DNA of 64,000 bases from Candidatus Obscuribacteraceae bacterium (GTDB lineage: Bacteria > Cyanobacteriota > Vampirovibrionia > Obscuribacterales > Obscuribacteraceae), in NCBI GenBank assembly GCA_044229845.1, contig JBGASG010000002.1:608001-672000 (forward strand), read 5' to 3'. The position numbers were made by a program, and so were the translations under genes. Positions within the stretch are counted from its first letter, which is position 1. Each line of letters opens with the position of its first letter. The notes under the pieces are model-generated. The model had not been told where the DNA came from and did not search any database. It worked only from the letters and a program-made list of their open reading frames with translations. This document shows, piece after piece, positions 38,809 through 48,258 of the stretch.

Positions 38809-39860
38809 TCAAACTGACTATCAATAATGTGAAGGTGCTGTTCATCAAGGCTTTTACAGCCGAGGATGTACAGACCATTTTGCATTTCGTCAGGGAAGCG
38901 GGCAGCTTTGCCAGGGGCACCGAGCCCACGGTTTTGTTTATCGACACGCCAATCACCTCTGCGACGGTGGAAGCGGTGGAGAAACTAAAACGAGAGCGCT
39001 TTAGAGTGGTGTTTCGCGATCACCACTATGTCGATGGAGAACCCCGAAACGATCGCGAGCGTCAAGTGGTGGCGGCAGCCGCGAAGCTGAAGAATTTGCT
39101 GCAAGACGACTGCGAAATCACGGTTAGGAAACTGCACCCGGCTTGCAGTACGCTGGTTGAAGTCGGCGAATTCGCGCACGCGGTGGCGATTGTTGCTGAC
39201 CCTGACGCCGATGGGCTGACGGCCGCCATGAAGGCTGCCGGTGTTTACTATGAAGGCTTAGATGAAGATGCGGCCAAGCTCGACAGCGAACCGCAACTGC
39301 AAGTAACCGGCACGCCGATCAGTCAACTGCTCGCCAAAGGCATCGCCGTGATTCCTTCCTATGACTCAGCAAATCCGAAAGAACGCGAGATTGCTCATCA
39401 GTATCTTTTTGAAGATTGGGTGAAAGCAGTCACAGGCAACGAACAGGCACTGCAACGCTTGAACGAACGCGTTGCGTTGTACGACGAGGCTGTAACTGTT
39501 GCACAAACGCTGGCAAGCACAGCGGAGACAGTTGCACCAGGAGTGGTGCTGGTCGACGTTGCACACAAACCTCTGTACGATCCGGGCACCCTGAATGCCC
39601 TTATGGAGAGCCTTGCAGGAACGAGTATAACGGTCGTTCGCAAGTCTCTAGGACCAATTGCAGCTCTGCACGGTATTCAATACAGCCTGGCGGTGGTTAA
39701 GTCTGAGCAAGCTCGAGTAGATTTACAAAATCTGGTGCCTACGCACGCTAAATCCGATCCTGAAGGTGGCATCATTTCCAATGTCTCATTTCTGCTGCAT
39801 GTATCTGAAGATATTTGGCAGCGTACTGTTCTGCCACTATTGCGCAACGGTCGAGTTTAG
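38805..39860 (+). CDS. Hypothetical DHH-like phosphoesterase
   Basis: VLFIDTP, VVFRDHH and ADPDADG motifs; ATGA-coupled to the TauE/SafE gene. Confidence 0.6.
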   Translation: MIKLTINNVKVLFIKAFTAEDVQTILHFVREAGSFARGTEPTVLFIDTPITSATVEAVEKLKRERFRVVFRDHHYVDGEPRNDRERQVVAAAAKLKNLLQDDCEITVRKLHPACSTLVEVGEFAHAVAIVADPDADGLTAAMKAAGVYYEGLDEDAAKLDSEPQLQVTGTPISQLLAKGIAVIPSYDSANPKEREIAHQYLFEDWVKAVTGNEQALQRLNERVALYDEAVTVAQTLASTAETVAPGVVLVDVAHKPLYDPGTLNALMESLAGTSITVVRKSLGPIAALHGIQYSLAVVKSEQARVDLQNLVPTHAKSDPEGGIISNVSFLLHVSEDIWQRTVLPLLRNGRV

Positions 39861-40015
39861 CTCTTCCGCAAACAGCTCCCCATGCCGCTTTTCGCATGCA
39901 TGTTTTTACGCACCGTTAACATAGAGATACTCATCGCGGAATACCCGAGCGAATGTAGGAATTTCCATGTTAGAACTCTGTAAGTCACATGCCACCACCC
40001 TGCCTGAGGTGCTCC

Positions 40016-40777
40016 ATGAAGCGCTCCCTTTGTGCCGCTTTAGCAACTTTTGCCGCCCTGATTCCGCTGAGCCTGAGCGCTGTTGCACAAGTTGGTATTC
40101 CATTTAGTATCAATCCTTTCGACACGTCACACTTCATGGACATGGAGTCAGCGCGTCGCACAGCTGCAATTTCTTCTGCTGAGATGGCGGAAAAGTTTCT
40201 TCGCGAAAAACAAGCTGTGCAAAAGGTCGCGCAGAAGCGCACCAAAACTATGCGCCTGCAGATGGCCAAGAGCGCTTTGATGACCGCCAAGCGCATGCAC
40301 AGCAATGGCTGGTGCTACAAGGGAGTCACCGATGCGCTGAAACCACTGGGCGTTGAATTATCTGGTCCCGCCGCGTACATGGCGAAGGATCTTCTGCAAA
40401 ATGATCCGCGCTTCCAGCCTGTGCGCATTGAAGATCCGACACAGTTGCACCCCGGCGATCTGATTGTCCACGGACCCACCGGCAGCCATCCCTATGGACA
40501 CATCGCCGTCTACCTCGGCAACAATCACGAGGCAAGCGATCATGTGCAAAAAGTTGTGCTCAATGCAATTGGACCGTACAGCTATTCAGTCGTGTTCCGT
40601 TACGACGAGGGCTTGATTGCCGAGAGCACCGTCGATGTCGAAAGCACTGAAGTGGTTCCCGCAGAAGATAGCGTCAGCGGAGAGAACAACACTACCGCCG
40701 ATGGTCTCGATGCGTTCGAGCAAGTGACCAGTGAACCCGCTGATCTTCTGGACTTCGTCTTGCCGGAGCGCGGATAG
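40016..40777 (+). CDS. Secreted CHAP/NlpC-P60-like cysteine amidase
   Basis: Signal peptide MKRSLC...AVA; GWCYKGV, PGDLIV, YGHIAVYLG (Cys/His), ASDH. Confidence 0.7.
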   Translation: MKRSLCAALATFAALIPLSLSAVAQVGIPFSINPFDTSHFMDMESARRTAAISSAEMAEKFLREKQAVQKVAQKRTKTMRLQMAKSALMTAKRMHSNGWCYKGVTDALKPLGVELSGPAAYMAKDLLQNDPRFQPVRIEDPTQLHPGDLIVHGPTGSHPYGHIAVYLGNNHEASDHVQKVVLNAIGPYSYSVVFRYDEGLIAESTVDVESTEVVPAEDSVSGENNTTADGLDAFEQVTSEPADLLDFVLPERG

Positions 40778-40787
40778 CGTTTCTTCC

Positions 40788-41903
40788 TCAAATGCGCTTC
40801 GTGAAATTGCCGGCATAGCCCGTCATTTCGACATATGCATCACCGGTGATGGCTTTGCCTTTCGCGGTACCAGTCACCTTGCAGCTGCCTTCCCAGTATG
40901 TGACGCCCGTAGATTTCGCCGTCACCAGCTCTTGTTGTTGCATAACAGGAGTTAGGTTGAACGTGGCATCCAGCGATGGCACCGCGACCTTCCAGCCCAT
41001 CGGATAGGTGGCACTCGAAGTCGGGCTCTTCCAGGTAGACAATGGCGCGATCTTGTAGTCACTCAGGGCTAGGTGTTTGGTGGTACCGTCAGGATATATG
41101 ATCGTTCCGGACGAGTTCGGATCGAAGCCGCCACTCTTGCGACGCATCACATAAAACATCAATTCGATATTGTTATCGAGTTGCACGCTGTACCAGTCCC
41201 AGCCGACCTGCTCCTCGGTCAGTTGGTTACTGCCGAACTCGTGATCCATCCAGGTGACACCCGTGACGGGAATCTGCTCTTTGCCGATTGTAATGGTGCC
41301 TACGGTATCCATATGAGTCAGCGAATAGTAATGCGAAGCGCATCCCTTGCAATTGGCCTTCTGACTGACGCCATTAACTCCATGCAAAATGGCAGGCTTC
41401 TTTGACGTCAGGCGCAGGTCGATGGAATAGGCAGGCGATCCCGAAGCGCCGGGAGAGCCAGCCTTGAGATGATGTGAATTGCCCTCCAACTGCGCAGACC
41501 AATCTCCATTTATGACGTGGTAACGCTTTTCGTCGGTCGCTGCCAGCGAGAGCGCCGGACGGTTCATCTTTTCATCGAAGAAGAAACGATTATTCTTTTC
41601 GTCGGTGACGGCAAAGTGCGCCGAATGCACCTCGGTGAGTGCCCATGCGGACTGGGGCATTTCATCGAGGTCGACGCCAAATCGGAAAAACGTCAACTCA
41701 TATCCAAACTTGCGACCATCTTTAGATCGCAAATGACCAGTGTAGTACCACCATTCGGTTTTGAAGGCTTTGTGCGCAGCATGGTCGGCGGGAAACTGAT
41801 ATTTGTACCCGGGCAAAGCCAGGCGCCAGGACTTTGTTGCCGCCGGCGCGGCAGCTTGTGCCACCACCAGCGCCAGGCAAAGAACTGCGAGCAGCAATTT
41901 CAT
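40788..41903 (-). CDS. Secreted lipocalin-like / CrtC-AttH family protein
   Basis: FPADHAAH, TEWWYYTGHL, SHYYS, WMDHEFGS, GWDWYS, YWEG, YVEMTGY. Confidence 0.9.
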   Translation of the reverse strand: MKLLLAVLCLALVVAQAAAPAATKSWRLALPGYKYQFPADHAAHKAFKTEWWYYTGHLRSKDGRKFGYELTFFRFGVDLDEMPQSAWALTEVHSAHFAVTDEKNNRFFFDEKMNRPALSLAATDEKRYHVINGDWSAQLEGNSHHLKAGSPGASGSPAYSIDLRLTSKKPAILHGVNGVSQKANCKGCASHYYSLTHMDTVGTITIGKEQIPVTGVTWMDHEFGSNQLTEEQVGWDWYSVQLDNNIELMFYVMRRKSGGFDPNSSGTIIYPDGTTKHLALSDYKIAPLSTWKSPTSSATYPMGWKVAVPSLDATFNLTPVMQQQELVTAKSTGVTYWEGSCKVTGTAKGKAITGDAYVEMTGYAGNFTKRI

Positions 41904-43303
41904 TTGTGATCCGCCGATTTGGTTTGCGAAATCGAGCAGGTATCGCTGAAGCGCAGGTCGTCGCCGTTCCAGGTGCGTTTCATGACTGGAGTTTGTTCCT
42001 GCATGCGGTCATCGAGAACTTCCTCTTCAACGCGCGTGCGCAGAGCATCGAAGGCCTGCGCCAGAGACGTCTGCGCGCCCTTGCAAGTAAGGCTCTCGAT
42101 CAGCTGCCTCGTGAATACGCTATTGGGATACTTCTTCGACTCCCAGGAAAGTTGATTAGCTAGGCTTGAACAAATGAAGATCTGTCCCTGACGTGGTGTC
42201 ACATTCATGACATCGAACGTCGCGGTGGAACGCGAGCGCGCCAGCCCCTTGTTGCCGGGGTCTGAGCTGGAGTCGGCGCTGCTGTCCGTCGCAGTCGAAT
42301 GCGCAGGCCCGACGGCGGTGGCAGCACCACTGTGACAAACATCGAGAAACACGACAACGCGGTCACTCTGAATCTCCTCTTCGATGATCTGGGAAAACCA
42401 TTCCATTGGAATGCCGTTGGCTAGCAGATTGCGCGCGTTGGCATCGTAAGGCAGAAGGAAGTTGAGCGGAATGGACGACTTCGAATCGGCACCACCGTGA
42501 CTGGAGACGTAGATGACGACCAGGTCGTTCTTCTTCGCCTTGCCCAAAAATCCCTCACCGACAGCATCGACAATATTGCTGCGATTGGCGTCGGCATCGG
42601 TGAGCAGTTTGACATGATCAGATTTGAAGTTGGCGCTGCCGGTGAGAAACTGTGCGAAGTCGGTCGCATCCTTGGCTGCGTACTTCAAACTGATCGCCGG
42701 GTCTTTGAATTGACTGACGCCAATCACCAGAGCCCACTTATCTTCAACCGGCGCGGACGCTGTGGCGGCTGCTTCTCCCTTCATCATAGTGACAACCGGG
42801 TTTTTCATAATCTCCATCGGCGGTGCACTGGGCATCGTCGATTTGATCTGCATAGCGCGATCTTCTATCGCCGCCGCTTTTTCAGGCGCGACCTTCTTGT
42901 AGATCTTGTTCAACAGATCGAGGTCGCGTCCCGCCTGGCAAGAATCTTTGCCGAACAGCTTTTCGTCAATCGCCAGCGCTCGCTTAGCCTGACTGTCGGC
43001 CTCGTGATACTGGCAGGCATCGAAGCTGTTGCGCGCCAACTGAACCATCACTTTAGCCACCTGTTCGCTTTCGGCACCAAAAACTTTCTCACGGGCCGCC
43101 AGCACTTTGAGCAGGATCTGCCGAGAATCTTCAAACTTACCCTGGCGACTGCGTTGCTCGGCCAGGACGCACCTGTCGTCCGCGGCGGCCGAGTCGAGCA
43201 CGCCGGTTGGCGATGCCGCAGCACCGCCAACTGGCAGCGCAGCAAACAAGATCGATGCGGCAAGCAAAGTGGAAAGCGATGTTTTCACGTGCCTGAATCC
43301 CAT
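41900..43303 (-). CDS. Secreted TPR + caspase-like (peptidase C14) protein
   Basis: Signal peptide; TPR-like repeats; KWALVIGVSQF, LKYAAKDA, YVSSHG (His), FLDVCHSG (Cys), SVFTRQLIESL, QTP. Confidence 0.88.
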   Translation of the reverse strand: MGFRHVKTSLSTLLAASILFAALPVGGAAASPTGVLDSAAADDRCVLAEQRSRQGKFEDSRQILLKVLAAREKVFGAESEQVAKVMVQLARNSFDACQYHEADSQAKRALAIDEKLFGKDSCQAGRDLDLLNKIYKKVAPEKAAAIEDRAMQIKSTMPSAPPMEIMKNPVVTMMKGEAAATASAPVEDKWALVIGVSQFKDPAISLKYAAKDATDFAQFLTGSANFKSDHVKLLTDADANRSNIVDAVGEGFLGKAKKNDLVVIYVSSHGGADSKSSIPLNFLLPYDANARNLLANGIPMEWFSQIIEEEIQSDRVVVFLDVCHSGAATAVGPAHSTATDSSADSSSDPGNKGLARSRSTATFDVMNVTPRQGQIFICSSLANQLSWESKKYPNSVFTRQLIESLTCKGAQTSLAQAFDALRTRVEEEVLDDRMQEQTPVMKRTWNGDDLRFSDTCSISQTKSADHK

Positions 43304-43403
43304 GAAGAGCCCCCCGTGTTGGAGACAACGATAGCCAAGTCAGTTGTAAGCCCTTCGCCCTTCATTCTACGCTATCAAGTGGAAGCTTGCATGAACCCAC
43401 CAC

Positions 43404-45980
43404 CTACTCGTCCCGAACGACTTCCGGGGCGGGCGTTGCCGCCGCCAGCTGCGCTGGGAAAAGCCCCGAGAGAATCGAGCAAGCCATGATCAAAGCAAAC
43501 GACTGCACCAGGAAATCGACCGGCACCGCGAACTGAATCGTCCAGCCGAACGACTGTTTGTTAATCACATCAATCAACAGCATCGAGAGCCCCATGCCGA
43601 CCACCACGCCAGACACGGCTCCGCACAATCCAAGAATCGCCGCCTGCGACAAGACAATCTGCCGCAAGTTGCCGGCGCTGGTGCCCAGATATTTGAGGAT
43701 GCCGAAGTCCCGGCGCATCTCGAGCGTCAGCGCGAACAATGCGTTCATGACGCCGAGAATCGCCACTGTGATAGCAATCGCGTGCAGCGCATAAGTTATC
43801 GCAAACGTATTGTCGAAGACGCGCAGAACGCTGGCTTTCAGTTCTTTGTTGGTGCGAATGTTGAGCAGGCTGTCGGTGCCAATCGCATCATAAATGCGCG
43901 AGCGAACCGTGTCGCCGTCCAGTGAAGGATCAATCCAGATCGCCACCGTGGTCGAATACCGGTCGTCGTAATGGCGAGCGAACTCCTCGCGGTCGATAAT
44001 CACATAGCCGAGGTCGCTGACATAGTCATAATAGATTCCCTCCACTGGTGCCGCCAGTTCGCCGCGAGGAGTCTGCAGTTTGACTACGTCACCCTTGTGC
44101 AAGTTATGCCTGGCGGCAAAGCTCTCCGTGACGATCGCACCATGATTGGCGCGCAGCCGGTTGAGCACCACAGATGATGGCTCTCGATCAAGAAACATCA
44201 AGTTGCCGCGGCGTGCCATTACCTGCATCTCGCCGGAACCCAGAAAGGCGGGCGCACCTTCGTATTCGATTGGAAACTCCACAAATTCGTCGACATCAAT
44301 CACACCGGGCACGTGACGCATCTTCTCCACCACCTCATGGGACAGCGAGCCGGTGCGGTTGCTGTAGCGACGCGCCACGGGTTCGATAAACAGGTCGGCT
44401 TTCAGAGACTGTTGCGTCCAGGCAATGACCGTCTCGCGAAAACTACCGATCATTACAGCCAGGCTGACCATCATGGCGATGCCGACCATCAGGGATGAAA
44501 CAGCCACGGACGTTCTGCCAAGTGTTCCGAACAGACTGAGCGCCGCCAGTCGAGGCAGGTTTGCCCCCAGTTTCTGCAAAATAGATGCCGTTGCGCGCAA
44601 GAACCATTTCAGAATCAGCGGCATCACGAAGGCGACGGCAAATACAGAGAGAGCCGCCGCGCAATAGCCGAACAGCGGAAATCCGTTGACCGCAGGCTGC
44701 TTGCCGCAGATGAATGCCACCACGCCCAGTATGACGCCGATCGTGCCAAGAAACTTCAGCGACCCGCGCACTCGCGACTCGTAGGCGCCGCGCCTCGATG
44801 CCTCGGCGGCGGTAACCGTTGATGCCTCCAGAGCCGGTGCCAACGCGGCGACCGCGGTCATCAATAGACCGCCGGCAAACGCGAGCGAAATCGCCGTAGG
44901 ATCCAAAACGATCTGCGCGGGCGGCTGGTCGACATACAGCGCCTGCACCGTGCGTGATACCGCCTTCACCGCATACTGAGCGCCGGCGATGCCCAGTGCA
45001 ATGCCCAGCGACGAGCCGACCAGTCCGAGCACGACTGCCTCACTCAGGAAAAGCGAAAAGATTGTCAACCGGGGCAAACCGAGCACACGCATGGTGCCTA
45101 TTTCAGGGCGACGGCGAATGACCGCGATCGACATGGTGTTGTAGATGACGAACATGCCGACGACGACGGCAATCAGACTGAGTGCCGCCAGGTTGTATTG
45201 AAAGGCGCGCACCATCTTTTCGATTTGCTCGCTGCGTCGCTGCGGCGCGTCGACCGCCACGCCGGGCGGCAGCAAACTTGAGATTTTCTGAACGAACTCC
45301 GCGCGCCTGTCTTCAGGGACAATCAAATCGATGCGAGACAGACGCCCTTGCATGGCGAAGGCATCTTGCGCACCGGAGATGTCCATGGCAACGATGTTGC
45401 CTCCGAAAGCCTTCCCGGGTCCCTCAAACTGAAGGATGCCTGCGACGGCGCAGTTCTGTTCATGGTCGCTGAGCACCAACGGAAACTGCTCGCCAACCTT
45501 CAGACCGAAGCGCTGCGCAAGTTTCTCACCGACATAAATGCGATTGCGGTCGAAGATGGCGAAGTCGCTGAGTTTCTCCCCCTGCGGAGCCATAGTCATG
45601 ACCCGAAAATCCGAGTCGCCGAACATATCAACGCCAAGCACCTGAACCAGCTCGGGCGAGTCGCGGCGAATCACACCGATCTCGTCGATCACCGGGGCGA
45701 ACTTCAGGCCTTCGGCGCGCAGGGGAAGCAGCTTGTCGATGATGTGTTCGTCGATGCCGGGTGCGTTGGCTGTATGTATCTCGAGATTGGCTTTGCCGGC
45801 AACAATGTCGACGCCTTCGCGAAACTGGTGCAGCGCGGCACCATTAGCTAAGTTGATGGCGAGAATCACACCAACACCAAGAGCGATACCAATCACGGTG
45901 AGCACGGTGCGAGCGATGTTGTGCTGCAAATGGCGAACGATGAATTTGTTGAGAAGCCAGATGAGCAATCTTAGATTCAA
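43404..45980 (-). CDS. ABC transporter permease (double MacB/FtsX-type)
   Basis: RTVLTVIGIALGVG, RRRPEIGTMRVLG, second FtsX half, INKQSFGWTI. Confidence 0.92.
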   Translation of the reverse strand: MNLRLLIWLLNKFIVRHLQHNIARTVLTVIGIALGVGVILAINLANGAALHQFREGVDIVAGKANLEIHTANAPGIDEHIIDKLLPLRAEGLKFAPVIDEIGVIRRDSPELVQVLGVDMFGDSDFRVMTMAPQGEKLSDFAIFDRNRIYVGEKLAQRFGLKVGEQFPLVLSDHEQNCAVAGILQFEGPGKAFGGNIVAMDISGAQDAFAMQGRLSRIDLIVPEDRRAEFVQKISSLLPPGVAVDAPQRRSEQIEKMVRAFQYNLAALSLIAVVVGMFVIYNTMSIAVIRRRPEIGTMRVLGLPRLTIFSLFLSEAVVLGLVGSSLGIALGIAGAQYAVKAVSRTVQALYVDQPPAQIVLDPTAISLAFAGGLLMTAVAALAPALEASTVTAAEASRRGAYESRVRGSLKFLGTIGVILGVVAFICGKQPAVNGFPLFGYCAAALSVFAVAFVMPLILKWFLRATASILQKLGANLPRLAALSLFGTLGRTSVAVSSLMVGIAMMVSLAVMIGSFRETVIAWTQQSLKADLFIEPVARRYSNRTGSLSHEVVEKMRHVPGVIDVDEFVEFPIEYEGAPAFLGSGEMQVMARRGNLMFLDREPSSVVLNRLRANHGAIVTESFAARHNLHKGDVVKLQTPRGELAAPVEGIYYDYVSDLGYVIIDREEFARHYDDRYSTTVAIWIDPSLDGDTVRSRIYDAIGTDSLLNIRTNKELKASVLRVFDNTFAITYALHAIAITVAILGVMNALFALTLEMRRDFGILKYLGTSAGNLRQIVLSQAAILGLCGAVSGVVVGMGLSMLLIDVINKQSFGWTIQFAVPVDFLVQSFALIMACSILSGLFPAQLAAATPAPEVVRDE

Positions 45981-46660
45981 ACTCGCTGCTCCTGTGCCAC
46001 CACTTTTCCATCCCGCATGCGAATGATGCGCGATGCGTAGCCGGCAGCTTCCTCGCTATGCGTAGCCATCAATATGGTGATGCCGGAGTCGCGGTTGGTA
46101 TCGCGCAGCAAGTCGAGAATCGCCTTGCCGGTGTCCGTATCGAGGTTGCCGGTTGGTTCATCGGCTAGCAGTACCATCGGTTTGTGAATCAGCGCGCGCG
46201 CAATGGCGGTACGCTGCATTTCGCCGCCAGACAGCTGCGCCGGGAAGAAACCTGCGCGATGGCTCATGCTGACACTCTCCAGCATGGATTTGACGCGCGC
46301 CGCGATGTCAGTGTGCGACAGTCCGCGTCCGATCTCCAGCGGCAACGCCACGTTTTCTGAGACCGTCAGGGTGCTGAGCAGGTTGAAGAATTGGAAGACG
46401 AAACCGATCTTGGTGCGTCGCAACTCGGTGGTTGCGGAATCATCCAGTGTGCTGACGTCTTGCCCGTTTAAGGAAACCGAGCCGGCGGACGGGCGGTCGA
46501 TGCCGGCGACCATGTTAAGCAGGGTGCTTTTGCCACAGCCGCTGGGACCCATGAGAGCCACGAATTCGGCTGCTTCAACGTCGAAGCTCACCCCGGAGAG
46601 CGCCTGCACCTGGTGCTCTCCATAACTCTTTGCGACCTCTTTGAGCTGGATGAATGTCAT
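45977..46660 (-). CDS. ABC transporter ATP-binding protein (LolD/MacB-like)
   Basis: GPSGCGKST, LSGGEMQR, LLADEPTGNLD, MATH; start MTFIQ at 46660. Confidence 0.95.
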   Translation of the reverse strand: MTFIQLKEVAKSYGEHQVQALSGVSFDVEAAEFVALMGPSGCGKSTLLNMVAGIDRPSAGSVSLNGQDVSTLDDSATTELRRTKIGFVFQFFNLLSTLTVSENVALPLEIGRGLSHTDIAARVKSMLESVSMSHRAGFFPAQLSGGEMQRTAIARALIHKPMVLLADEPTGNLDTDTGKAILDLLRDTNRDSGITILMATHSEEAAGYASRIIRMRDGKVVAQEQRV

Positions 46661-46758
46661 CAATCTGCGGCGTTTTTCGGGGGACCGGGGCGGTTGCACG
46701 ATTCATGATAAACCCAAGGAGGGAACTCTGGGTGAATCCTGCCGGGGCGGATAAAGCC

Positions 46759-47064
46759 TCAGCCTCGCGCAGCCAGGCGCCTGCGAATGATTGCAGATAG
46801 TCCCCGATATGTCGTTGCGTCCTTCGACTGCGGCTCCAGCAAAAGTGCGAGATTGTCATAAGCTGTTGCCATCTGCTCACTAATGAGGCCATGTTTTTCG
46901 TGAATCTCATCGATTGCTTCAAAATACAGGGTCTCTGCTTTGAGCCACATACCATCTGTGGCAGCATCGAGCACGACTGATTCGCGCTGCGCAAATCCCG
47001 CTATGCAACGCCAAGCAGACAGGCGACGCGACGTGGTTTCACCGGATGGATCGATAGTGTTCAT
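46759..47064 (-). CDS. Small TPR-like hypothetical protein
   Basis: KAETLYFEAIDEIHEKHG...MATAYDNLALLL resembles a TPR_12-type repeat. Confidence 0.55.
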   Translation of the reverse strand: MNTIDPSGETTSRRLSAWRCIAGFAQRESVVLDAATDGMWLKAETLYFEAIDEIHEKHGLISEQMATAYDNLALLLEPQSKDATTYRGLSAIIRRRLAARG

Positions 47065-47667
47065 AGAACCATTGTATGTCTCAGACGGAAGCTATGGAGC
47101 GCAAAGCGCGATCAAGTTTCCAACCTGTTTTGTTGGAAATCACACGACACACTCTTTTTTGTAGTCACCATCTGTGATACCGCTGCTGAGTTGAAGTGCT
47201 CGGGCACATATTCGCATCACGCAATGACCCGCTTTCTCCCCGTTGACTTGCTCAACACCGGGCGTGAAATTTCAATCACATTCTTGAGCGCAATCGTCGT
47301 CAAGTTTGACTGCAGCCAACTTCTCAGTCGCTCAGAGCTTCAACTGCACTCCTTTCGACAGACTTTGTGGCTGAAGGTCCGCTACCACTCACTCTTGTAG
47401 TTGAACCGTCACAATGAAGGCTAAGCCCACCCCTTACTTTCCTTACAGGCTTTCTGTTCCAAAAGAATGCGCAGGCATCTAGCGCAGTTAGGACCTTTCG
47501 GCTAAGGTAGAAATATCGGCTCATCAAAGCTGGACGTCGGCCCTCTGTTGTCGACCAACAACGTTCCTCGTCCAGAGCACCAGACTCTAAGGCACCATAT
47601 ATGGTGCTACTCGCCCTGCCTCGCAAAATAAACTTCTCCCCTAACAGAGCAGACATAAACATCATTC

Positions 47668-47946
47668 ATGCCAGACCTTTCTTCGATAAGAAGTCTCACA
47701 GTCACCAGCAAGGGGCAAGTCACGCTTTCCTCAACCGCACGCAAACAGCTAGGCATCGAGCAGGGCACCGGTTTGATAGAAGTGATTGTCGGTGACTGCC
47801 TGGTGTTGCTCCTCGAGTCTACCGTCATCGAACGGATCAGCAGTGACGCACAGGACGCCGCCAAAACAGTCAACGAGCATTTAGAAACCATCGTAGCCGA
47901 AGCGCGAAAGCAGCGAGCAAGCGACGGCAACTCCTCCCACGAATAG
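47668..47946 (+). CDS. AbrB/MazE/SpoVT-family DNA-binding protein (orphan antitoxin-like)
   Basis: TVTSKGQVTL...RKQLGIEQG swapped-hairpin signature. Confidence 0.8.
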   Translation: MPDLSSIRSLTVTSKGQVTLSSTARKQLGIEQGTGLIEVIVGDCLVLLLESTVIERISSDAQDAAKTVNEHLETIVAEARKQRASDGNSSHE

Positions 47947-47963
47947 CGGGGCCGGCGGCACTT

Positions 47964-48212
47964 ATGGTACCCCTGAGCTTAGAGCAGCTTTTGCAGTTGG
48001 CCGCGGAAAGCGAGTCCAACAATGACCCGCTCAAGACCGAGGAGTACTTCCAGGAAGCTGTTAGCGCGGCAATCAAGAACGAGGATCCTCTCCAACTCCA
48101 GCAAGCTTACCGGCAATTTGCAGCCTTCTTGCGCAGACAGAAACGCGAGGACGAAGCGATCACACTGGAGAAGATTGCAGAGGTCTGCTCGAATCGTCGC
48201 ATAGATCATTAG
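47964..48212 (+). CDS. Small helical TPR-like hypothetical protein
   Basis: 82 aa; TEEYFQEAV...AYRQFAAFLRRQKREDEA. Confidence 0.55.
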   Translation: MVPLSLEQLLQLAAESESNNDPLKTEEYFQEAVSAAIKNEDPLQLQQAYRQFAAFLRRQKREDEAITLEKIAEVCSNRRIDH

Positions 48213-48258
48213 GTTAGACGGATCGGATCGGCGTAAGTGAGCGCTTGCTTTAAGCACA

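Noticed and set aside
47324..47665. 113-aa minus-strand ORF in the intergenic region
   Set aside because: No recognisable motif or RBS, atypical composition, and head-to-head abutment with the AbrB start leaves no promoter space
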